Shown here piece after piece: positions 14,680-28,689 of a stretch of DNA of 64,000 nt. The translations under genes and the position numbers were made by a program. Positions within the stretch are counted from its first letter, which is position 1. Each line of letters starts with the position of its first letter. This stretch comes from Camelus ferus (Eukaryota), in assembly GCF_009834535.1 (NCBI RefSeq), contig NC_045698.1:15378001-15442000 (forward strand), in the 5' to 3' direction. The notes under the pieces are model-generated. The model was not told the DNA's origin and did no database searches. It saw only the letters and a program-made list of their open reading frames with translations.

Positions 14680-14940
14680 CATAAACTGCCTTTCTCAGCT
14701 GGATTCTAAGCTTCTTATGTGCTTTTCCCATGGTAGGTCCTCTTGATTTTAGAACAATGGTCTACGAATAAAAGCAAAACAAAACAACCTCCCCACAAAA
14801 GTATTAAATTTTCTATTCATACGCAGTTTTAATCTTAAGGCAAGAAAGGATTCAGTTTTACTAATGTCTAGTATTGAAATAAACTGTCATTCAAGTTTAT
14901 AATTCACTAATGGATGCATGCTATTCATTTTATTTAAAAT
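14680..14940 (+). repeat. Diverged direct repeat, copy 1 (copy 2 at 16056-16290)
   Basis: Colinear shared blocks: ctgcctttc, ccatggtagg, agaacaat, tattaxatxttctattcata, agtttta, taaggxaagaaaxgatt, caagtttataatt, tattcattttatttaaaa. Confidence 0.85.
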
Positions 14941-16055
14941 GTAATGTGTGTATGATATATATAGCCTTTGAATATTTTCCAATTTGTGTAATCATTTTGT
15001 CTATATTTTCAGTACCAAAATTATTTTGAAGAATAGCTTTCTGAATGTGTTTTGCAATATAATTCACTAATGACAAATTCTTCAACATGAGATTCAGCTG
15101 TGAACTATGAACAGAAAAATTTAACTGGAATCAGATTTAATATTCTTAGTGCTTAACTGAACTTTGGACTCCTATGTGCTGATGTTTTTTAAGTCATAAC
15201 TCCTGAAGGCCTATTTAATACTGCTAAGGTCAAACATAGATTATTTCTACTATCAAAGTAATGTCAGTTCATTCATATTTCTCTTTCACTTAAGCTTTTG
15301 ATTCTGGGATTGTTACTTAAGCAAATACCAAACTATCTTCATGCAGAATTTATAAAGGGAACAGAAATAAATTGGTAAATGATTTCCTTACTACCACTTG
15401 GACGTAAATACATGCAAAAAAGTCAGTCATTAATTCACATCTATTGCAGTAAGTAGCAATACCTTTCACAGTCCTTCAAATGCCTAGGTTATGTCTGAAT
15501 TTAAACAATTTTCAGCTAATCCTGCCTGTAAGTGAAGTAACCAAGTAACAATGATGTAAGGTAGAATCAGTTAACTTTCTTAGCATATGAAGATTGAATC
15601 AAAGGTTTGAAGCTTTTGACAAAATTGGAACCTAAGAAAAAATGGATCTCAATGTTAATACTTCAATTATTAAAAGTATTTCCTTTCCATTATATGTAAA
15701 AATGAATATTGTTGAGCAGAATACTAGCAGTACTCCCAAGTATGAAGTCAGAACCTATTTGTCTCTCCCAGACTCCCCAGGGCAACACAGCCAGGTCCAA
15801 GCCTGTTTGTCAACCTGGATGTACAGATTATTAATAAAAGTCATTTTTTTTAATCTTCTTTGGAATTCTTGCTAAAAAACTTTCAAAGCTCATCTCATAT
15901 CCCTGATAATACTTAATAGTAATAAGCATGACAACTTTTCTCCTGAAACTGTCTTTCAAATGATTATGAGTGTCATCAAATACCACCACATAAATGATTT
16001 CTACCTCATGTTATACCATGGACTCCATGATATTTTTCTTACAATTTCTCAGTTG

Positions 16056-16290
16056 CATACCTGCCTTTCCCACCGGTAATCTTAGCTTTGTACGTGCCTT
16101 TCCATGGTAGGAATTCTGGATTCCAGAACAATTGCCGATGAATATAAAAACTATTAGATCTTCTATTCATATGTAGTTTTACTTTTAAGGAAAGAAAAGA
16201 TTAAGTTTTATTAATATTTCATACATAAATTAACTGCAGCACAAGTTTATAATTTATAAATTGATGTATATTATTCATTTTATTTAAAAA
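16056..16290 (+). repeat. Diverged direct repeat, copy 2
   Basis: Aligns by eye with 14680-14940 and lacks the ~25 bp A/C-rich segment present in copy 1. Confidence 0.85.
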
Positions 16291-16334
16291 ACTAAAAAAT
16301 ACAATTTTAGTACATAATTCATGATTTAAAAACT

Positions 16335-16494
16335 TAACCACTTATATAAAAATAAAAAATGCATTTCTTCTGTATAGCACAGGGAATTATATGCAATATG
16401 TTGTAATCACCTTTAATGAAAAAAAATATGGGACATTATGCTGTACACCAGAAAGTGACACATTTTAACTGACTATACTTCAATTAAAAAAAAA
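16335..16494 (+). mobile_element. Very short L1 3'-end insertion with A tail
   Basis: ctgtatagcacaggg...attatgctgtacacc...actgactatacttcaattaaaaaaaa; homologous to the reverse complement of 7690-7850. Confidence 0.85.
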
Positions 16495-19400
16495 GATCTA
16501 ATGAGTTAATAGTAAAAAGAAAAAATAAACTTTGGAAATTACTGTTTTGGAATATAAAAAACCTTGAAAATATGTTGTATTTATCTTCGAAATGTGAATG
16601 ATTAGTTAAGTGTATGACATAGATCCATAATAAATGTTGAATAAAATTTATTGTGATTTTACTTCAAAAATATAAAGACGGCTGTTCTCAAATAAATTAC
16701 TTGCTTTACTCTTTTATTTTAATTCCTTTTATTATAAAACAGCACACAAAATATTAAATAAAATTTAAAACAAGAAATAAAATCATCCAAACAAAGCAAA
16801 TCCTTTGATCTTTGTGTTTTTGCTACAGTTTTAGTATAAGTACTTTAAACACAGTTGTAATCAAATTGTACATATAATTTGGGGTTTACTTAATCTCCAT
16901 TTTCTATACTACAGCAGGTCTCTTTTTTTGCTATTATTTTTCCACAGTTTGTGTCAATATAATATAATGCCCCAATCTCCCCTTTGAATTTTTGTCTCCA
17001 CATCACTTATTATCAAATATGTCTAATTTTCTAAACTATAAACAGCTTTGCATCAGAGTTATTCATTTCTACCACATAATTAGAACCTACAGGCACCAGG
17101 TATACTATTAAACACACAAGTTTAATGTTGCAAGTTGGTCAAACTCTAGCACTGGGATATTCTTTTGCAACCAGATCCCTGACTTTCGTATTCATAAAGA
17201 ATACTATCTATATTTATCAATGCATTTCTGAAGGGCCTGGGGAATAAAGTAAATTAGTAAAATACTCATGCTAGAAAAATACCACTATTCACACCCTATA
17301 AATAATCAGTATGTTCAAAAAATACCCCTTGTGAGAACTGTGACTCAGAATGCAATCCCTAACTAAATGGTCCATCTGCTTTGTAGCTTCAGTTAATGTT
17401 TCCCATATGGTCATGCTGGCCAGTACAGCTAGATCTTCTGCATTTTTATATCTTATTTTTTCTGTTACATGGTACAAAATTTTAAATTCTGTGTGAATTC
17501 TCCAAATTGTTAAGTGTTGGCAAAGACTTATTAAAGCCTTATGTCATAGACCAAATAAAATATGTCGTTTTTGAGAGCGCTGATATAGAGTAGTAGTTTC
17601 CTGTAATAGTACACCTTTCATTTATAACATGCTGGTTTTAATACCAAACTTAGAAAAACTGCAAATTTTATTGTAAGCATTCTGGTCAGTCTCTCTTATT
17701 TTACACACTGATACAGAAATCCAAAAATTTTAGCTGATTTACCTCGAAGTGGCATGACTGGAAAACCACAGTTGTCATCAGTACCAAGAATGCTTTTTCT
17801 CTCCCTCTCTAAATTTTTTAAAATGTTAAACAATTTCAAAGGATTAAAAAAAAAAAAGCTTTCATTTTGTATTATATTAGTAACTATAATAAAATAAAAT
17901 TTAGATTCCATGTCCCTTTTTTCCTAATCACATGGTATTTTAAATTAACCAGTATTTTAGGAAAATAACAAAACAAAATGAAAAAAATACTAAATTTCAT
18001 AAAACAACTTTTTCATTGTATCAACAGTTTACTGTGGAGTTGACAGAATGCTTTCAACACTCGCATATATAATGTAATATTTATCTATTAATGCAGCTAA
18101 AGCCAATATTTAGTATCATGAACTGAGAAAGCTCTAAAGAGGCACATAAAGTTTGATTAGAATCTCTGCCTCTCACTGTCTGACAAAGGACAAATTATTT
18201 ACCTTGTCTAATCTAAAATTTCTCTATCCATAAGGAAGTCCTAAAAGCCCAATTCATGCTCTTTTTAGAAAAACAGAAAATTTGTAGTGTCGTCACAAAA
18301 TAAGTAAACCAAAGGTATTCCTGGCTTCTGATAAATCTAGCTAGAAACTCAAAAAATGGCACTAAGATTCAACTGTGCTTCTCTATCTCTGCTGGGCTCT
18401 CTTTGTTGGTTCAGTGAGTAGGCAATTTCATGCTTCCTTGTGACCACATGACTATATCCAAGTTTATATACTATATAAAACTCGAGTAAAAATTTTTTTC
18501 AAAAATTCTAACAAGTCTTAGAATAGATTTGTTCATATGTTTAGTCTTGTTCCCACACTTCCTGTTACACCAATCTGCATGAGAAGGAGCTCTCCCCAGC
18601 TGGTCACGACTGGAAGGTATGGCCATCACTAAAGTGGGATATTGTCAGCAACACCTGAACCAGTGAACAAAGAGCATGGAAAGAGGAGGTCATGAGCAAA
18701 GCCCAGCAAATTCTTGAGAAGAGGAAATGGATCTGAGGCAATAAAACAAACATACAGTCACTTCAACATTAAACATTTTTTGAAAATATTATGTAAGTAA
18801 TGTTATATGACAGTATTAAGAAACTAGTCATTCCTGTTTAAATCGTAGGTAATTCTGAATGTGAGATTACCATCTATAATTACCAGGGAGAGCAGATGTA
18901 CATGTGTGCATCTATATATAAGTGAAATTTAAAATAATACAAAGAAATATATTCAGCATTGGCTTAATAGAAACTAAGAAATGAATTTTTTGTCATTTTT
19001 AAACTAAAATTTATGTTTAAATCAATTTTGAGGACAGAGAAGTATGTATGAAAAGAAATAATTCTTTACAACCATGTGATGTCAATGGGTAAAAACAAAA
19101 AGCTGTAAAATTTAACATTTCTATCATAAAAAGAGGCCTATCAAATAAATATCTACATGATACATTTCCTTTGTATTTTATCTACTCATTTTGAGTTTCA
19201 TTTTAATTTGGAAAATTATAGTGGATATTTAAATTTGACTATTTTGTTATGTAGGAGTTTAAACAAGATTTAGAATTTTAATGAAAGCTCCAAGTCCTTA
19301 ATTATTACCTGACACAATCCTGCCATTTCTCCAGATGTTCCAGTCTTCAATTACACATTTTACTCCTGACTTGCTTTTAAATATGTTGACTGTGAGTAAA

Positions 19401-20751
19401 TAGAAAAATGCATTCTGTCTTTTGAAAATAATAATCAAAATTAAAAACATGTTATATTAATATAATATTTATTTATAATTTTGTTACATTTTATACAATT
19501 CTCTAAGCTAAATAATTCATGAATATTTTAAACAGAATAAATGAAAGTTAAGTAATCAGATTATTTTGTGCAAAGATCACTTTTAATCAGCTTCAATTGC
19601 ATTCATTAGTAGTTGCACTATATGTATACACATACGTAATTCAAGTAATGCATGTATTTGGGGTTCAAACTCCTGTTTGCAAAATAACATTATCATTTTA
19701 TGAATAACATCATTATCTAGTATGTGATTTTAAAATTATTTCCAATTATCTAAATGGAAATGTAAATTTGAAAGGTGCAAAACTGTCTGTGAAATGGATT
19801 ACCTCCTGGATAAATTATTTTGATTAACAGTGATTGTTTTCTTAACTTCTCAGCTGACCTTATATTATTCTAATTTATTATATGGAAATTAACATATGTA
19901 AATTTAATAAAAATTTGCAGTAGTAATCAATATATTTATTATCTCTGTACATTTTTCTAGTTTCATAGCTTCTTAAACTGATGGTTAGAATTTAATACAT
20001 GCATAAGATACTATTCTATGTTCCTTGATGCTTTTCTTTCTCTATTTTGCAACTATTTATTGAAAAATTGCTATATAACATATTTAATTCTATTTTATAA
20101 AAATTTTCCTTTGTGAACTAAGACCTAAATAAGCACGTGCCTAATTGCCATATTCCCTCTCTTTTCTTCTGCCATGTCCTTGAATTTTTAGGCAATGATA
20201 AATTATGTGTGTGACTCAGATGGAGTCCATCATATTCAGTTAGTAATAATCCATCACAAAGCTCAGGTAACAAGAAACATGCAGAAATAATTCTGATCAT
20301 TAATGTCAAATTATAAGGCTTTACTTTGTAAAAATGGGAAGATAATTTAATTTCTACCTCTCTCAATGTTATCTGAAAGTTATAGTCTAATCAGTTTATT
20401 TGCTGGGTAGTGATATTTAGAGACAGATTTTACATATTTGCTACCAAATATATATACATATATATACACAATTTCTATATGATGTGCCTTTATTATCTGT
20501 GTGTAAGTGTCTGTGTAATAGGTGGATTTGCAAAATAAAATAAATCTATGCCATTATATCCTAAATTCATAGGAAGAGATGATTTGCTCTGCCACCAAAG
20601 AAGAAAGAAGTAAAGAAATATCAGAGCATACTGGAAGAAACTTTGCTTTTTGCTTTTCATATCTACAGCCAATATTGAAAAATCACTATTTAAGATTTGC
20701 CTTTAAACTGATATTATTTAATGGTGTTACAAATTTAATTTTGGTGGTACT

Positions 20752-21162
20752 CTAATATGGACTGATGTTTGCCCCCCCCCCAGATTCTTATACTGAAGCT
20801 CTAACCCCCAGTGTGGCTGAAGTTGAAGATGGGGCTGCAATGAAGTAATTAAGGTTAAATGAGGTCTTAGGAGTGGAACCCTGATCTGATGGATTAGTAT
20901 CTTTATAAGATAGCATACCAGAGAGCCTCCCTCCTCTCTCTCATTCTCTCTCTCTCTCTGCACATCTGCACACAGGCACTGTAGGAAGGCTGTGTGAAGT
21001 CATAACCACAAGCACAAGCCAGGAGGACAGCCCTCACCAAAAACTAACTCGAACTGCATTGGCTGGATTCTATCCTCCAGAACTATAAGAAAATAGATTT
21101 CTGTTGTGTTAAGCCACCCAGTTTGTGGTACTTTGTTACGCCATCCTGAGCAGACTGATACA
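20752..21162 (+). mobile_element. MaLR solo LTR (MLT1A-like)
   Basis: atggactgatgtttgcccc...aaggttaaatgaggtc...ccagaactataagaaaatagatttctgttg...taagccacccagtttgtggtactttgttac...gactgataca. Confidence 0.88.
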
Positions 21163-21589
21163 TAGTTTTAATGCCACTGTGTTCTAGTAATATTTTTGTT
21201 AGCATAATATTAAATCAAATGAAAAGGCAAGAGTTTGTTACGTAAAATTTAGCCAAGATGTAATGAAAACTTGTGCCAAAACAGTTACAGGAAAAAGCAG
21301 AGGAAGGGGCAGGTATATTAAGAACATAGATATCTACACAATTTGTTACTGGATTTGAAGTGGAAGTTACTGGATATGAAGTGAAGTCATAATGCTTGTG
21401 GGTATGAGATGGTATACGAACCACCCTCAAAAAGAAGAGAAGGCAGAGAAGGCTCATAAAAAATATGTTTAATTGTGTAATTGTGCCATGTTTCTGGATT
21501 AATCTTTCTGGATCCTATTTAAGGCCAACTCCTTCACCCATGCACAGGATTGATTCTCTGTTACTTGTTCAGAAGCTTTACTCCAGAGA

Positions 21590-22800
21590 CTTGATATTTC
21601 AGTCATGGTAGAGTGGGTGGTACTAGACTAGCTCTCCTCCCCTTAACTACTATACACAAGACAAAATGTGTGAAATAGCTATTTTTGGTTATAGGAGAAA
21701 AAAGCAGCACATGATGTGATTCCCCTGCTGGAAGGAAAAATAAAAAGGCTGGCTGTTGCATCACCCAGGATTTTTGCTTGGAAGCTCGTTCAGGACTAGG
21801 GCACAGTGAAGAGGAACACGGAGGTCAGAGAATGGAAATAGGTGAAATTTGTGTGATCCAGGGTACCAGATAAAAGGTAGTTGAGAGAAAGTGATTTCCA
21901 GAAATCTGCAAAGGAATCCCATTCTACGAGGGACAGAATACAAAACTGCATGCACAGATTGACTTTATAGAGCCAGTCAAGGAATTGCCATTGGGTAACT
22001 TTCAACTGTAGAGCCAGCAGAGCTCATATAAGGCTAAGAAATATTTGAGTTCTAATAGGACAAAATTAAGAAACACTTGGAAGCATCATAGGCTTTCAGT
22101 AGAGACCCCTGAAATTATCTGGGTTAAGAATCATACTGTTTTAGTCCTAGAGTAAAGGCTGATCTATGCCTGCTCTAACAGCATGTACACATGAGCATCA
22201 AATACATCTGATCTATCTGCAAGTAAATTAAATATATAATCAAATAAAACACAACGTTCTATTAAGGAAGATGACAAAATCTAAACATAGAAAATAAAAT
22301 ATCCACAAGATTTAGCGAACAAGTAAAATGACTAAAGTTGTAAAAGTGTGAGAAAATCTGACTCATAATCAAGAGACAGACCAGACAATAGGCACAGGTC
22401 CAGAAATGATAGATATGGTGAAGTTTGCAAAAGAAGGGGGAAGTTGAAAATGAAAGAAAAAAGTTGAAAGTGCAAAATGAACAGACCTTCTGTGACTTGT
22501 GAGACAAAAGTATTTTGCTCATTAAATTTGTAACTGAAGTCTCAGACAATGAAGGAAGAAGAGTAGTAACAGTATAAAATAATACTTCAGATATTTTTTT
22601 AGGAGTTTCTCCTGCAATTAATCATGAACTTAACTTGTAACCCACTATTTCCATTTCTAGTTACTAACCCAAGACAAATTAAAAGAACACAAATAGGTTT
22701 TCAAATAATGTTCATAACAGTTTTATTAATACCCTTCAACTAGAAACCACCCAAATTTTCAACAACTGGAAATGAATACCAATTGTCAAATATTTATTAA
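21590..22800 (+). mobile_element. Highly degraded ancient L1 fragments (5'/ORF1 region and 3' piece)
   Basis: Purine-rich L1-like motifs (aatgaacagaccttctgtgacttgtgagaca; aatgttcataacagttttatt...ctagaaaccaccca). Confidence 0.5.
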
Positions 22801-23282
22801 ATGTAACATCCTTCCCTTACTTGGTCTACAGTAACAATCTGTAATTATTTGCCCTGATTCTAAACTTTCTTTATATTTTCTTTAGGCCAGCCAGAGTAAA
22901 GTTTCCAAATGTCAATTCCCCAATGAAAACTTTTCATTTTATCTTTGCTTCCCATCACACTGAAAATACCATTGAAAATTTAGTCATAATACAGTGGTTA
23001 TAACTGATTTGGCACTGGGCTCACCAGTCTGAATGCATCCCCTGCTCATTGCTTATTGCTGATAAGGCATTAAAATGGAACCTACGACATCAAGTACATT
23101 TTCTTTATAGATGCTAAAACAATAGTGCGTAATCCAAGTTATTAACATTCTAGTGTTCACAAGCTATTATTTACTTACCTCAATTACTCACTAGTTTTAT
23201 TCACTTTGGAAATTTTTTAAAATGTAAATATTAAAGATATTTTCAAATTTGATTTCTATTTTAACAGAACATATAACTCTTT

Positions 23283-23750
23283 TTAGTTTTCTACAGCTGC
23301 TATAAGAAATCAACCAAATTGGGCCAATTCAATTAACAGTAATTTACACTTCAGAGTTCTTACCGCCACAAGTCCAAAATTAGTTTCCACAGGCCAAAAT
23401 TAAGGTGCAGTCACTTCCTCCGGAGACTCCAGCGGAGAATCTGTTTCCTTCCTCTTCTGAATTCTGGCTGTTTCTGGAATTTCTTTGCTTGTGGCTGTAT
23501 CCTTCCAATCTTGCAGGTTGGCACCTTCCACTCTTACTCACTTCTGTCTTCACATAGTGTCCTCCTCTGTATTTTTCAGATCTCCAACTTTCTTTCTTTG
23601 GTAAAGATAAACATCATTGCATTTAGGGCCCACTCAGATAATCCAAGATCATCTCCCCATCCTCAACTTTATCTTCTCTGCAAAAATTTTTTTTCCAAAT
23701 AAGATGACATTTACAGGTTCCATGGATTCACCTATGAATATCTTTAGGGG
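23283..23750 (-). mobile_element. MaLR solo LTR (MLT1C/D-like)
   Basis: tagttttctacagctgctataagaaat...ggagaatctgtttcctt...catttagggcccactcagataatccaagatcatctcc. Confidence 0.8.
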
Positions 23751-24777
23751 AAACTGTTTTTTTTTTTTTTTTTTAGTTTACCATAATAATTAAGAAGTAA
23801 TTTATCAAACATACTAATATTGACATCTGTAAATATATGTGCTATGTATATTATAACATCCAGGAGATTTTTTTTTTTTTTACTACTGCAATTAACTCAA
23901 ACACTATTCTACAACTTTCAAATTATTGCCAAAAGTGAGAAATGTATTTATTTCATTGAAGCTTAACATGTATTTCTTGTTCTACTGAGTGAACCATTGA
24001 ATTCTTTCTATATCTTTGTCATACACTGTACTTAGTTACTTAGGCAGGAAACAAATGAACACAATAGTACAAAGGGAATTTAGAAAGCTGTGGGATGAAA
24101 TAAGACAATTACTATGAAGCTGTATGTATAAAGTGCTGTGCAGATGTTATTTTTCAATTCCCAAATGGTGAAATCATGACACATGGTGAGGCCCACAGTC
24201 AATTTCTAGGGATTAAAATTAGGATGCAGACATCACTGAGTGTCTTTACTGCCACAGTTCTCCAAATTCATCTATTATAAAATCTTCTGCAGAGTGAGTA
24301 TAAGTATTTCATATCATGTATCAGGGATCCAGCAGAATCATTTCTTGTTATTACAGAAAAGACTTGAAGTCCTTCAAAATATCCAGTATACTGGGGTCCA
24401 CAACCCCATAACTAAAACTTTATTACTTTGCCTTAAGCTAAACAGGTGCTCTTATCCACCTTCTTAAAATTAAAAATGTCACTGAACAGAGTAATGTTTT
24501 CAATAAAAATATTTCCACCACAAAAGGGCTTCTCAGATAATCTTGACAAACAAGTAAAGAAATGCACAACGTAGGTGCGCAAGACTAAAGAGTTGCAGTG
24601 CAACCAGATATCATGCTTCCTTCACAGGCTAGCCAAGCAATTCCTTGTCTGAACATTCTGCTCAAAATTCACTGTTCTGTTTATGTTTTTCCAACCTACT
24701 GAAGTTTTGATTCAAGGAAAAGACAACAGTCAGCTGGTCATTTCATTAGTTCTTCTAAAATTTGATTTCTATTCTAT

Positions 24778-24800
24778 TTATATATATATATATATATATA
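24778..24800. repeat. (TA)n microsatellite
   Basis: About 11 TA units, directly visible. Confidence 0.9.
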
Positions 24801-24810
24801 ATAGTGAGAT

Positions 24811-25315
24811 TGAAACAGAGAAGAACAAGACTGGCTCCACATTGGATCTCTTCCTTTAGCTCTGACCTTTGTGCTCTGTTGCCTGTGCTAAGTCATGCTG
24901 GGTTTGCACCTTTGTCAATCAGTAAATAGCTTGAAACTGCATGATAGCCCTTTCTCAAGGCTCTGTCTCTCAGGTTTGACCTTTAAATAGCACTTTTTCT
25001 TAATATAGAGATAGAGAGAGCACAGAAAATAAAATTTGCTCATTGAAAGTTTACAGGAACATTATGACCAGATCTGTGTGGAGAGCAGCAAGAACAAAGG
25101 ATTATCACATCCTCTCCAGGGTCTGGTCCATCTCTTTTAACATAAAAGAAGCCTGAATTCTACCTTAGATAAGATGGTTCCTTGGCACACTACTTCACCA
25201 TCTTCTTAGTCTGCTGGCTTTCCAAATAAAATCACTATTCCATGTTTCAACATCTACTCTCTCAATTTACTGGCCTGTTGTGCAGTGAGCAGATGAATGT
25301 GTACTTGGCTACTAT
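24811..25315 (+). mobile_element. ERV (class I-like) solo LTR
   Basis: Starts TG(aaacagag). Has a TATA-like ttaacataaaag (~25137), AATAAA (~25225) and U5-like actctctcaatttactggcctgttgtgcagtgagcag. About 500 bp. Confidence 0.6.
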
Positions 25316-26624
25316 TCATCCCATATTCTGAATGGAAGGCTTGCAAAAACTATATGTTATAAGTAAAAACAAAAGTGCAGGGCTAAAAATTAACTGAAAG
25401 TAGAAGACCATTCATTGTACAACTGTATAATTTATAATTAATGATTATGTTGCATGATGCTAACAATTTACTTTTTACAGATTCTAAAGAGATATAATAT
25501 GCACAGAGGAAACCGTGTAATGGACCAATTCATCATGAGAATAAAGCATAGATTGACAATCTCCCTCTCTGAAGGCTCCAAACTTAGGAATGCCAGTTTT
25601 ATATATTTATTTGACTTATACATATGTATTTGTGTGTGTCTATATATGTATGATTAAATATACATTTGATTATATATGTATATATTTGACTTAATTGTCT
25701 AGAAATCAGAGAATATGAAAGTTTTGATAATCTTTATTTCTCCACCTTATAGCATAATATCTAGACAAAGTAGATAATAAATATTTGCTATCTGAATAAA
25801 TGTATTTTGAATAATAACAACAATAAAGTTGTCAGCTAATTTAATAAAGCGTTGAAAAAGTATAAAAAGTAATAAAATTGAAACCTTATTACATGGCTGT
25901 AGATCATTTTCAAAATGAACTTGGCATCTGGTTAGATAAGCAAACTCATTATTTTATACAACTACTGGGAGAATAGTCAATTTGCTGGTGCAGAGTGTAA
26001 CAATTTACTATGAATCCTGAAACAAAATTATTTTTAAATGCCTTGGTGACATTTATTAAGTAATCACATGACCAGACCCTACCAGCTTGGAAAAGAAAGA
26101 GGGTTACATTAAAGCATGTCATTTCACCCTTTGTGGTAAATTAAAGAAATAGCAATTGGATATATATTAACTATGATGTGTTGTGGGGAGGGGTAAGTAC
26201 ACTTCTAAAATTATAGTAAATTTTTTCCTGAAATTCTTTATAATCTATCTGTCATTATTTATATAAACTCATAAGGAAACAGAATATAGGTATACAATTC
26301 TCCTGAGTGGTACGAATTAGATCCACAATTAATAATATTCCTTAAAAGAATGAATGAATGAAGGCCCCCAAGAGAGTGTAACTACGTGTTTTTGTTTTTG
26401 TTTTTTACTTAAAGTGACTTGAAAAACTTTATAATAAGCAGAAGAAAACAAAAGATAAATAAATCACTTTGTATAAAGAAAAAGGATTCTTGAAAGAATC
26501 ATCCCTCAAATTCCAAAACATATTTAGGTCACAAATACTTTGCTCTGGTGCGAGGACTGCGTAACTTACTTTAGTGAACATTGTGTAAATACTCCCGAAA
26601 AGATAAGAGAAAAGGGAAGAAAAA

Positions 26625-26818
26625 TGGGTGAAATGTAACTAGGAGTTAAATCTATAAATAAATAAGCAACAAGGATATATTGTACAGCACAGTGACACAC
26701 AGCCATTATTTTGCAATAACTTTAAAGGGAGTGTCATCTCTTAAAAATACTGAATCACTATGTTGTATGTGTGAAACTAATATAATATTGTAAATCAACT
26801 GGACTTCAATTAAAAAAA
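26625..26818 (+). mobile_element. L1 3'-end fragment (artiodactyl-type) with A tail
   Basis: ataagcaacaaggatatattgtacagcacag...aaatactgaatcactatgttgta...gaaactaatataatattgtaaatcaactggacttcaattaaaaaaa. Confidence 0.85.
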
Positions 26819-27014
26819 GTTACTCTATAAAGTTGGAAGCGTGATTTTCTGCTGAGATATGTAAGAAGAAGAGTGGTGTGTGGCAGTGATTGGAAATGAA
26901 CCTAGCAGATAATTTTAAAACAACTTCTATACAGAATGGAAAATGAAATAGACTAGAGATAAGTAAAAGATTATCAGGCTTAGGGATGTCAAGGGGAGAC
27001 AGAGACATGCTATG

Positions 27015-27175
27015 GAAAGAGCTTAACCACTGAAGTCAGTCTAACAAATGTCCATATCAGGCTTCTGAAAATTATTAGCTTTGAGACCATGGGAAATTAT
27101 ATAACTTCTCAATGCCTCAATTTTCACATTTGAAAAAAAACTAACGGTTTAAATGTTATTACTAAGAAATTGAAG
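27015..27175 (+). mobile_element. MIR SINE relic
   Basis: Core motif ttagctttgagaccatgggaaattatataacttctcaatgcctcaattttcacatttgaaaa. Confidence 0.6.
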
Positions 27176-27479
27176 AAAATGCATTTTCCTTTTGAGTGAA
27201 CTTCAAGGTGAAACGTGACGTGTGTGTTGCAATAACAAAAAAGGTTTACTTTTCCAATATACTGATTTTCTTTAAGATTAGAGTTCTCTTGATAGAAAGG
27301 TCCACTTTAAGAGGCAAGCATCTTTAATACTGAACTGAGCAGACATAAGAGCATGTATATTTATTTCCGTTTATGTGGAAATAGTTCTTTACCAGGTATA
27401 AAATTGGAAGGTTTTAGAGCCATCATTGTTTTTGTTGCTGCTGTTTTTACTTGGTTTTACTTCTGTCTTCAGAACTGTC

Positions 27480-27660
27480 ACTTAAGAGCGATGTGACTCC
27501 CAGTGTGTTGTTTGAGCAGGTTGAGAATCTGTATTTGCTTTGTGAAATGAGTGGTAATAATTTCACAGGGGTTGTGCAGATGAAAATGAAAGATACGAAA
27601 ACATATAGCTGCGATTGAAACATATTATGTTACCACTAAATGTTTATTTAAACCTTCTTC
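27480..27660 (+). mobile_element. MIR SINE relic
   Basis: tgtgaaatgagtggtaataatttcacaggggttgtgcagatgaaaatga. Confidence 0.45.
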
Positions 27661-28356
27661 CAGTATTAAAAAATTATATGCCTGTATATCAGAAAATAAG
27701 AATAGGACTAATCTCTAAATATACTTTTTCTTAATTTATAAACTATACTATTGTTTCTATATTAGGTTACCCTAAGCTTTGTATATTATTCATATTACTT
27801 ACATGCATGCAAGATTCTACTCCTAGAAGAGCAAATTCTCTGAGCCAAAAGATAACATCCTGGCAAGAACAAAAGATTTAAGCATGTCTGTAATAGGCTT
27901 TCTGAACGTGACTTTACCTGGATAGTTTACAGACGCAATAATAAAACTGGATTTTAAGGGTTATTATTTTACATTTCATTTTTGTGTCCACAGCAGAAAC
28001 ACTCATAGGCTCAGCACCTGAAGTATTTTTATAATTTTATGTTGCATATGACCTTTTCACTGTTTCAAGAATTTAAGGGATGTTATAATAAATGCTCATT
28101 ATAAACTATAATGAGGAAAGGCTGGAATTTTGCTTTGCTCATTCTTTGTGTCCATCAGTTTAATGACTTGTTAAGAAAAGGGACTTTTCTCACATTACCA
28201 TCCTAAATGGGAACTTTGTATGCTATACTGTTGTAGTTGAGCAAATGTGTGTACAACAGTTACAAAATATCAAATTCTACCTTCATTTGATAACATTGTT
28301 GGGTTTAAGAAATGATAGATCATCATATATAATATTTTGAGCCAAATATATGTTTG

Positions 28357-28358
<2 letters not shown>

Positions 28359-28388
<30 letters not shown>
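28359..28388. repeat. (CA)n microsatellite
   Basis: About 15 AC units. Confidence 0.95.
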
Positions 28389-28689
28389 AGCAATCACATT
28401 TAAAAACACATGTGGCAAGAACACTAGAATGGAATGTTTACTGTATTTCATTTGTTTTTTTTAAGAGACTCTACAATTAAATTTTATTCTAGTTTATTTC
28501 AATTAAGTGAAAAATTGGCTCTTTATATTAGCTACATATTTTATATGGTGAAAAATATAACAATAACATATGAATGTATATATTAGCATGGAATAAGAAG
28601 TTTCCCATGCAACACATTTTAAAATTAAAAAAAAATAGATTGGAAAACACTGAAGAGACTAAAGTTAGAGTGATTTTTTTTTTAAAGCT

